This document shows, one piece after another, positions 54,144-64,000 of a DNA stretch of 64,000 bases. Below the pieces are notes generated by a model. It did not search any database. It saw nothing but the letters and a program-made list of their open reading frames with translations, and was not told the DNA's origin. Source of the stretch: Octopus sinensis (Eukaryota); NCBI RefSeq assembly GCF_006345805.1, contig NC_042999.1, positions 133,114,001 to 133,178,000 on the forward strand, given 5' to 3'. The first letter of the stretch is position 1, and every line of letters begins with the position of its first letter. Both the position numbers and the translations under genes were made by a program.

Positions 54144-54188
54144 TACAAGTACAATTGCTGCAACAACCCCATCAGTGTGTGCGGACAG
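54144..54188 (+). other. Candidate 45-nt exon
   Basis: tttcttctctcag acceptor and cag|gtaaac donor; length divisible by 3; all frames open (e.g. TSTIAATTPSVCAD). Confidence 0.3.
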
Positions 54189-54618
54189 GTAAACAGTTGC
54201 AAGTGACAACCATAGAACTGAACAGGCGACGTATAAACGATATCCCGCATAGATCTCAACATATCCCCTGCAGCGATCTTAAGCTTCATACAGATGTCTC
54301 TAACGTATCAATGCGATTAAACAGCGTAAGATTGTTGCAGCACGCTCGCTGGCCTTTGGCCAAAATAAGACATCCTCGTGAAGGTGGCGCCATACTTACA
54401 AATAGAAAATCTGATGTCCTTTGAAAGGATTCTCGGTGTCTTGGGGTAATAAAAAAAAATCAGAACAAAATAGGCTATTCCTGGTATAGAAAGTTACATG
54501 TTACATCATACTTTTTTCAATGTTAATATATTCAGCATATCTCTTACCTTAAATTACATTAATGTGTGTTTGTGTTTGTGGAAATAAATATATATGTATA
54601 TATGTATGTAGATATATA

Positions 54619-54836
54619 CGAGGAAGTGCTGAAAAGTTACTGGCTTTAAGGGTATCGAAAAAGGTCTGGTTGGCGAACCAACCTTCAGAGTTCTTTTTAC
54701 AGGGCTTAGAAAAACTGAGAGACCGCTGCAATAAGTGGGTGAATCCGAGAGGGTAATATGTTGAATGCGATCATAATTAACTGATCCTCCTGTATTTTCT
54801 TTTAATCAAAGCCATGAACTTTTCAGCAGCACCGCG
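54619..54836 (+). mobile_element. Mariner-derived MITE (about 218 bp)
   Basis: TIRs cgaggaagtgctgaaaagttactggcttt / aaagccatgaacttttcagcagcaccgcg; TA at left; interior resembles a mariner C-terminus (GLEKLRDRCNKWV). Confidence 0.78.
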
Positions 54837-54851
54837 TGATGTGTGTGTGTA

Positions 54852-54883
<32 letters not shown>

Positions 54884-55805
54884 TGTGTGTGTGTGATCTA
54901 CTTTTTTTTTCCATTTGCAAAATATGCAAAAAGACAGTAAAAAATTTGAAAATCTGCTATAATAATAAAGTTTTCCAGTCTAATTGCCATGACGGTATGA
55001 TGTTGTGGAGAAAGAAATTGGAGCAAAAAGTTACAGAGGTTTAAAAATCGAAAAATACTGTGTATTTATAACCAATAGCGAGACAAGAATTTTCTGCGTT
55101 TAGCGGAGCGGAGTCAAGTTTAAGGTTGTACCCTGTGAAATTTATAGTTTAGCGTCTGTGAAATGACGTCTTCAATGTAGGTTTCTAAATGAATAGAAAT
55201 ACATAATAAAATCACTATGTATCCATCTTACTGTTTCTTTTGTGCCTTCATTGATTCTATGTTTTTATTATTTTTTTCAATTTGTAATATTAATATATTT
55301 GTCTGCATGTTTTTACTTTATGCGTATTTCAGTATTATGATTACCTGTCATGTATTTGTGAAAGTTATTAATATATGTGTGTGCGTGTGTGTGTGAAGAT
55401 GGGTGTCTGTCTCCAAAACTTCAAAGTTGAGTAACGTTTTAATGCTTGGATTTGTAAACTACGATAAGAGTAACACTGGTCAAAAAAGAATTTGTCCCAA
55501 GAAAAAGAATACCTGTATCTTATATGTTTTTGCATGCAGAATTCAAAAATAATGTCAAATTATCTGTACTAAGTTCACATATTCCATTCACCTTTATAAT
55601 GCCAAGAAACTGTATAAACATCGCAAACAACTTTTGCTTTATATAAAAAAATATGTAAAGCATTTTGACAATTGGCGAAAAATATCTAAAATAAAATTCT
55701 AATTGATAAATATGAAGTTTTATTAAAACAAAACATGCGGATAAAGTAAATCTCGTGGTGTGAAGAATCAACACAACATGCGGGTGGAACACAACACAAT
55801 GTGCA

Positions 55806-55853
55806 GTTGTCATGGTAACAAGCTGTTAATGCTTCACTGTCAGTTGATTGGCT
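55806..55853. promoter_or_regulatory. RFX X-box plus CCAAT (NF-Y) motif pair
   Basis: GTTGTCATGGTAAC at 55806-55819 and tgattggct at 55845-55853 in unique sequence. Confidence 0.3.
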
Positions 55854-56084
55854 AAGATTACCCAAATTTCCCAACTTTAATTCCAAATAGCATCAGATTC
55901 TTTAATTTTGGAGATAAAGTGATTGGTTGATCGTAATCAAAATCAAGAGTTACTTCGATACACTAAATTGAAAACAATATGAGCAAAATTAAAGGGGGCT
56001 CATTTTGCGAATGTGTGTGTGCGCGCGTGCATGCGTGTGTGTGTGTGTGTGTGTGTGCGAGCGTGTGTGTGTATGTGTGTGTGT

Positions 56085-56117
<33 letters not shown>

Positions 56118-56209
56118 ACATACACACACTCAGCTGTGAGCGTTCCGAAGCAAAATCATTTCATGTACACATGTTTTAACATTTACATGTATAGGTTATA
56201 TATACATAC

Positions 56210-56242
<33 letters not shown>

Positions 56243-56774
56243 TGTATGTATGTATGTATGTATGTATGTATGTATGTATGTATGTATGTGTGTATGTGTG
56301 TATGTATGTATGTACGTAAGTATGTATGTATGTATGTATGTATGTATGTATGTATGTATGTATGTATGTATGTCATTACTCTTTACTCTTTTTTCACTCT
56401 TTTACTTATTTCAATCATCTGACTGTGGCCATGCTGGAACACTGCCTTTTAGTCAAGCAAATCCACTCACAAGGTTTTAGTCGGCCCGAGTCTATAGTAG
56501 AAGACACTTGCCCAAGGTGACACGCAGTGGGACTGAGCCCAGAACCATGTGGTTCGTAAGCAAGCTACTTACCACACAGCCACTCCTATGCCTATTCAGT
56601 TTATTTCAATATTTCTCGCCATAGATCCAAAGTTCCTTCCTTGGAATTTCAACATCAACAACAGGGTATGTATGTATGTATGTATGTATGTATGTATGTA
56701 TGTATGTATGTATGTATGTATGTATGTATGTATGTATGTATGTATGCATGCATGCATGTATGTATGTGCAGATT

Positions 56775-57310
56775 TGTATGTTTTATGTATGTATTCTCAT
56801 GCATAGAGTTGCATATCTAGATATGCTCATATATATTTAAATGATAAACTTCTGTTAAGTTTTACAGATTTTTACAGTTCCAGTGATGGATTAGACCTGT
56901 AGCCTTCGAATTAGCTTTCCTCTTTCTGGTGTTGAGAAGCCTAATTTCTCAAGAGTGGTATTTATTCAGTGTGTTACATATCCCAGGGTCCCAATAATTA
57001 CAGGTATAAACCTGAACTTGTAATCTGGAGAGAGTAAGTGTAGGAATCTCAATAGTTCAGTATAGGTGTTCTCTTTATGTTAACATCCGTTGGGAAGCTA
57101 ATTTCTACAACTGTGCACAATTTCTCTTCTCTATTCCAAATCATTATTTCAGGTCAGTTGTGCTTACATTTTATTGAGGTCTTCACTGGTACAGTCCACC
57201 AGTATTCGCTTTTATTATGGGCGGCTATGGGTTTTACCATTTTGTGGATTTTTATTCCTTTGTCCTTGGTATTATCCTTCCGGACAGATTTCACTCTAGA
57301 GTGTCCCAGC

Positions 57311-57311
<1 letters not shown>
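56775..57311 (-). mobile_element. 3' fragment of an RLE-type LINE embedded in (TACA)n
   Basis: KHN*PEIMIW...VVEISFP...IPVIIGTLG...SITGTVKIC; (TATG)n on both plus-strand flanks. Confidence 0.72.
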
Positions 57312-57341
<30 letters not shown>

Positions 57342-57509
57342 TGTATGTATGTATGTATGTATGTATGTATGTATGTATGTATGTAGGTAGGTAGGTAGGT
57401 AGGTAGGTATGTATGTATGTAGGTAGGTAGGTAGGTAGGTAGGTAGGTAGGTAGGTATCATGTATGTATGTATATGCACACACACACATATACAAGCGGG
57501 AATTACTGA

Positions 57510-57734
57510 AACTTTTTTACTTGTTTCAGTCATTTGATTGCGGTCATACTGGGGCATTGAATAATTTTTAGTCCACTGAATCGATCCCAGTACTTATTCT
57601 TTTCAAAGCCTAGTACTTATTCTATCGGTTATTTTTGCGAACTCTTAAGTTACGGGTACGTAATCACACCAACACCAGTTGTCAATTTTGGTGGGGGACA
57701 AACACAGACACACACACACACGCACATTCACATG

Positions 57735-57782
<48 letters not shown>

Positions 57783-57955
57783 TATATATACAAGACAGGC
57801 TTGTTTCAGTTTCCGTTTATCAAATCCTCTCACAAGGCTGTGGTCAGCCCAAGGATATATTTGAAGATGCTCACTGAAGGTGCCACACAGTGGGACTGAA
57901 CCTGGAACCATGTTGTTAGGAAACAAGCTCCTTATCACTCAGCCGCGCTGGCGCC
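57510..57955 (-). mobile_element. Near full-length older SINE family B
   Basis: Family signatures with internal (CA)n. Confidence 0.8.
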
Positions 57956-58308
57956 TATATGGTATATAGTATTTACTAATGCATGTATCAACATTAATGT
58001 ACAAGCTGTACTCCTGTCTGGGTAAATCGCAACTAGACTATTTCCCAGCTGTAAGATGTGTCAGTGCTTTACTAAGCAGTTCGGCAATATTATATACGAG
58101 GAATTAATTACGAAACAGATTAGCACAGGTGCAGAGGCCTGACACGTAGGCAAATTTCTGTGGCGCTAGTAAGTAGCTTGCTTACCAACCATATGCTTCC
58201 GAGTTCATTCCCACTGCGTGGCACCGTCAGCAAGTGTCTTTTACTATAGCCTCGAGGCGACCAAAACTTTGTGAGCAGATTTGGTAGACAGAAACTGAAA
58301 CAAGTCCG

Positions 58309-58341
<33 letters not shown>

Positions 58342-58639
58342 TATATATATATATATATATAGAAGAAGAAGAAGAAGAAGAAGAAGAAGAAGAAGAAGAA
58401 GAAGAAGAAGAAGAAGAAGAAGAAGAAGAAGAAGAAGAAGAAGAAGAAGAAGAATGCAGAGTGGCATGATAGCAGTAGGATGTTGGTGGAATCCTCTTAA
58501 ATGGTCAAGTGACCTAAAAGTGACCCTTTGTGGTTGTAATAGTAGTGATTCAATTGTTCCGAATAAATTCGCTTTTAATATTTGTGTGGGTTGTATTCTA
58601 AGCCCCTTGTAATTGTGTCATTTGTGGTGAACACATTCA

Positions 58640-58955
58640 AAAGGGGTTTATACTTTGTGATAAAGTATGACTCTTTATTAAAGCGCTGATGACGGGTTGC
58701 ATCTTCCCTGAATTAATAGAGGAGAAAAATTCTGAAGCTGGGTTGTTTGTTATTGGCGCAAATGTCGATGTGTTCGCTGAAATCTATTTTCTGTATTTCC
58801 GAATTTTGATCTGAGATCTATGTAGAGCCATCCTTTGACGTAGACTGTTTTTGGTTTGGCCTATGTATTGCTCTCGACACCCAGAACAAGTTAATACATA
58901 TATCAGGTTCTCGAAAGCACATGTGAAGTTATTTTTCACTGTAAAACTTGCCCCT
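58640..58955 (-). pseudogene. GIY-YIG C-terminal fragment of a Penelope-like element
   Basis: NFTCAFENLIYVLTCSGCREQYIGQTKNSLRQRM...KESYFITKYKPLLN. Confidence 0.85.
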
Positions 58956-59131
58956 GCTTGAGAGATATATACATACATACCTACATACATGCATACATAC
59001 ATACGTACGTACATACATACATATATACATACATACATACACACACACACACATATATATATACAGACACACACATATGTATACACACACACATATATAG
59101 ATATATACATACATTTTTGTGTATATGTATG

Positions 59132-59162
<31 letters not shown>

Positions 59163-60552
59163 ATACATTCATACAGAAACTGAAGTACACATATATTTAA
59201 ACCAGATTATTTCGTTATACCTAAAGGTTTTGTACGATTGACACAAGATAAGTCTATTCATTACTGCGCCTGAACAGCTAAAATGGAGTGTTTTAAGGTA
59301 TGCAAAGTTGTTATGCACTTTTAATTGTTCATGTGGCTGGTGCATTGCTTGGGCAAATGAGGGGTCACGTGGTTGATATAGTGTCGATGACGTCAATTCA
59401 CTTGTGTGTGTTTGTGGGGGGTGGGGGTGTTCGTGTGTTCGTAAGTGTATTCGCATGCAAATCTCCATGGGTAAACTAAAATGGATTTCATTCGTTGCAA
59501 AATAAAAAAAAAGTAAAAAATAAAACGATTGTATTTCATTTTCATTGGTCAGTAAAGTAGAGAGCGTCTACAATTAGTTGGAAGGAACAGCCTATTGTCT
59601 TCCTTATTTCCTGACTGTAGTTATCATCAGATTCTAATCACAGAATAGCAAAGAAGTCAATAACATTTCAGACAGGTCCTGATCATTAGCACACTATCAG
59701 TAGCCACTGTTTAAACTGCACCGGGTCACCATCCATCATTATAGGCCGACAAGTGCGCCGAAAGAGACTGAGGTGTGTTGTGGTGTTGGAGGTCGAGAAG
59801 GAAACGAAATAAATAGACAGCTTTATCAATTTAATTGGCGGTGTAGGGGGAAATAGAGATGTAGATAGGGTGAGAGGTTGACGGAGAGAAAAGAAAGTAA
59901 AAGTAAAAACGGAAAGAAAAAAAAAAGAACCCGGCGGGAAATAGAAAAAGAAAAGACAAAAAATCCTGGAGGTGGTGTTACGTAGGGTAGAAGTATGAGT
60001 TGAGAGAAAGAAGTAGAATGGACAGAAATAACAATAATAATAACAACAGTAGCAGTTTTAGTATAAAATGTATGGTGTTTATATAGATGTGTGTGAATGT
60101 GTGTTGGTGTGTGAGAGAGAGAGAGACATAGAGAGAGAGTGGAAGGGGAGTAGAGTAGGTACATTCTAACACAGCTCCACTGTCAGTAATATTGCGTCTA
60201 ACATTTTAAAATGGCAGCCGTGCGTAATAAAGACAGGAGAGAGAGACAGAGAGAGAGACAGTGAGAGAGAAAGAGAGAGAGACCAAGGGACAGAGTGAGT
60301 AAGAGACCAAGAGACAGGGTGAGTGAGAGAGAGAGAGAGAGAGTGATTGAAAGAGATAGGATGAGTTATAAAATTTCTGTTGACGATGATGATAACATTG
60401 GTGGTTGTGGTGGTTGTGGTGGTGGTGGTGGTGGTGGTGATGGTGGTGAGGGGTGGTAATGGAGGTAGTATTGTTGCAGACAACGCTGACAATGATATTG
60501 CTCACTCCTTCAAAGAGGTATTTCTGTTAAGAGTGATAAAAGGAATGGAATG

Positions 60553-60662
<110 letters not shown>

Positions 60663-61089
60663 TGCAAAGCAGCAAGCAGTGTTGGAATGATGGTTTCTGA
60701 AGGACACAGTAATTAGCTATGATGAATGACGATTTGAGAGCATCTCGACTGACCTCTTTCATGAATCAAATCTATCATGGCGGTAGTTTGTTTAGCTGCT
60801 TATCCGCTGCTAGCCTCCTTCTCTAACTTCTTCTCCTGTCTTATTTCTGTTGTACGGAACTGAAATTTCAACGAATCTGAATCTATTAGTCAGTCAAAGT
60901 TATTTATTCTCTCTTCGTCTTCAAGTTTTATTAATTTCTTTATTTCTTTTATTTATTTAATAGCAAGCAAGTGGCTGGTTTTTAAAGACGGTAACCATCC
61001 CGGGCGTCTAGTCTCACTTTACAGAATGTGAAACCCCAGATTGTTGTTGCAGTGGTTTAGTTTTCGGTAATTTTCATGCTTGTAAACCT

Positions 61090-62000
61090 ATCGTGTGTAG
61101 GTCGTCGCTTGATCCATCGAGTACTATTTGCAAACCAAATGACCCGTCGCTGCGGAGCGGTAGTAGACGAATTCGGCCTGCGCCCTTTATCCTGCTCTCT
61201 TAGCGTGTGCCGACCCTACCGACACGCCGCTCTGAATGTGGATGCGCGTAGCTTAGTGGTTAGGCTGCTGGACTCATGATCGTAATATTGTAGTTTCGAT
61301 TCCTGGACCGGGTGACGCGTTGTGTTCTTCAGCAAAACACTTCATTTCACGTTGCTCCAGTCCACTCAGCTGACAAAAATGAGTTAATCCTGCCATGGAC
61401 CGACATCCTGTCCAGGTGGGGAATATGTACGCCATGAAACCGGGAAACCGGCCCTTAAGAGTCAATATGACTCGTGAAGGTAACTTTACCGTACTTATTT
61501 TTATCGCTCTGAATGACATAATCAGAAGGGGTTTTAATGCAGTTGGCTTCCCGGGTCTCGACCACGGGGACAGTAAGTGCCCCGACAGGATAATCATCCT
61601 ATTCGTAACGCGGAGGAGAAAAGACTCAATAAATGCAGGGGTTAGGTCGGCCGCTATCGGTTTGTGCCAGTTGCTGTCGAGACGTCAGGTGTTCTACTAC
61701 CCGGTACAACCGATTATTTCCTCCACAAAATAAGGATAACGGCGGCCCGTCGGAGAAATGAGGTGGAATTGCTGCTGCAGCAAGTATCACTGGCCATACT
61801 CCGCGGCAACGCCATCGCAGTCATTACCACGGAGCGCAGCTGAGCACCTCACTTGTTCTGGAATATGTGGCCCATCACTTTCTCCTCCTCCATCTTCCGC
61901 TGCTTTCACTACTTTCTTTATTTTAATTTTTCCATTTCTTTATTTTCCTTTCTTAGCTCTCTTCTTTCTTGTTTCTTTGAATTTAAATGTTCCCATTGTT
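61090..62000 (+). mobile_element. 3' fragment of a CRE-clade RLE LINE, split by a SINE
   Basis: RCGAVVDEFGLRPLSC...RHAALN | DIIRRGFNAVGFPGLDHGDSKCPD ... LLQQVSLAILRGNA. Confidence 0.8.
61239..61504 (+). mobile_element. SINE family C inserted in the CRE ORF
   Basis: 11-bp TSD cgctctgaatg at 61228-61238 and 61505-61515; A and B boxes. Confidence 0.88.
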
Positions 62001-64000
62001 CAAGATATACATTATCTTTAACTTGCAGAGTAGCCACTACACATTGGCTTTTCGGAGAGTACAGTATTGTGCTAAATGATACAACTGAGTGTAGTTTGAG
62101 AAGCTATGCGTGTTGTTTTTGTTTTTACGGGAATCTGAAGGGGTGAACTATTCGCAGATATTGCAGAAAATATCTGGTGAATTGATGCAGTCACTAGACA
62201 TTATAAAGAAAAATATATTTTAGATTTAACATTTAAGTCAATATAAGGTAAACATTTTAATTTATTATTTACTTGTTATACAAAAAGGAAAAGTAATGTC
62301 TCCGTATAACTTGACAACCTGATGTTATAGAGATGAATAAAAAAAAAAACTCAATGACTCATTATTTTTCATATATATTCAGAAAAAAGATACCATACAG
62401 CTAATAAAATTAATCATGCAGTTCAGTGTAATTCTTAACAAAAACACATTTTAGATGTGGGCATATTCGAATATATCGATCGAATAAAGGTCTTATGTAA
62501 AATTTTCCAAGGAGGAATTTGAACCTAAATCAGTAGCACAAGGATTTTATCTGTTGTCTACATTTATAATCTCCAGTTGTTTTCAAAATTATTGAAAATA
62601 AAATGTGCTCTAGGCGTGTTCATTACATTCTATTGTAGTTCATGTCCAACATTGTACATGAGCTACAATATATATTTAAGTATATAAGTTCTTTTATATT
62701 TAAGTTCCGGAGTATCATTTGATGGAGATTGTAGTGTTATTTCTGGCTCAGAGCACTCCTGTATTGAGGCTCGTCGAGTTATTGCCAGAGAGTACTAGAA
62801 TCTTATAGGATTTGTTTAAAACCCTTCTTACATACATAGTTTAAATGTGTCCTCAAATAAACTAAAAATACAGAAATTTCATTATACACTCAACATATAT
62901 AATAAAATATCCTGCTTCTGACAATAACTATTTAACAGTTACCTTCAGGCATATCATATTCGATTAAAACACATTTCCTTCAATATCAATATTATATTCG
63001 TTATACAATCTCCCAAGCTACTTTAAAATATTTTTATATTATCTATGTTTAAAAATATTCTTTGAATTAATAGTATAAAAGAGTTGATTTATAACAAGAA
63101 ACCAAAGCTACTTCATTACAATTAAGATAACAAAAACAATGAAGGATTAAATATAAAACAATAAAAAGGTAATATTTATCCCTACTTAAACATGTATGGT
63201 TTATTAACTCAAACTATACTACGGTAGCGACGTTGAGAAAAACTCTCATGTCAGCTTTTTTGGTGCAAAATACACTCGCTTGAAGGGAGATAAATCCCTG
63301 CAACCTAAGCACAGAGATCAAATCATGTGATTTCGACATTGACTGGGCATGTCAGTGATGGACACTTGACTGTTAGAAGCTGCAGCGATTCATACCCCCA
63401 TCAGTGATATATAGTTTGGCAGTGCCAGAACAGGCACTGGTGTCTTGATTAGCCATTTAGCTTGTTAAAAAAATATATATATTAGAAACATAGGCAGTAT
63501 TAATACTGGGAGTAATATTTATCTCCACTTAAATGTGGGTGTTCTATTAGAACAAACTGTACCATGAGAGAAACTCTGACATAGGCTTTTTGATGCAAAA
63601 AAGCACCCTTGGATAATTCTTTCACTTCTAGACTGTATTTGCAAAGGACTTGTAAGCTGGTTACTTTCTTTGACAACTCAATTTTTCTTCTTTTTTTTTT
63701 TTTGAGATTTCTACTAAAGACATTTACTAACAAGGCGAATGTACCATTTACTGGTATACTCGTGAATGTTTAGCATGCATATAAAAGTTGAAGGTCTCAA
63801 AGTAGCTGTCTGTAAATATTTTCTTTCTCACTAATTTTGAATATGTTCAGATTTACCAGAAAACTGATCTCTGTGCTTAGACGTATGTCGTTTTCCACTT
63901 TATGTTAAAGAATATCTGAGTTTCAGACTGTTCTTGTAGTTTCATTTTCTTATTTCATCATTATCTTTAAAACTAATATTTTCATTATTTTGTTTATGTG

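Noticed and set aside
58686-58720. CTGATGA inside the Penelope fragment (also at about 46965)
   Set aside because: Lies within coding sequence with no stem II/GAAAC/NUH geometry; chance match
60748-60790. ACCGCCATG with downstream gtcagt on the minus strand (possible first exon or YY1 site)
   Set aside because: Short motif expected by chance; no compatible downstream exon found

Overview
AT-rich eukaryotic non-coding DNA, very dense in microsatellites and SINEs, with one 100-N gap. The SINE families and composition point to an octopus (cephalopod) genome; this is an inference from recognising the repeats. No host protein-coding gene could be identified, only two weak candidate exons, and nearly all ORFs in the supplied track are microsatellite artefacts. 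Real coding remnants are all transposon-derived: a full-length Tc1-like DD36E (Incomer-like) element, a full-length and an internally deleted DD34D mariner, a DD37E (TRT-like) element, Penelope-like elements (RT plus GIY-YIG), RLE-type LINE fragments (R4/Dong-like, CRE-like) and a Tx1/L1-like fragment. The most interesting signal is a set of several unrelated fold-back (palindromic) elements, nearly all embedded in (TA)n tracts. Three carry complete type I hammerhead ribozyme folds. The Penelope 3' UTR holds a fourth complete hammerhead with a U3-A8 covariant core. Many repeat boundaries are approximate (about +/-20 bp); TIR, TSD and ribozyme coordinates were counted by hand.
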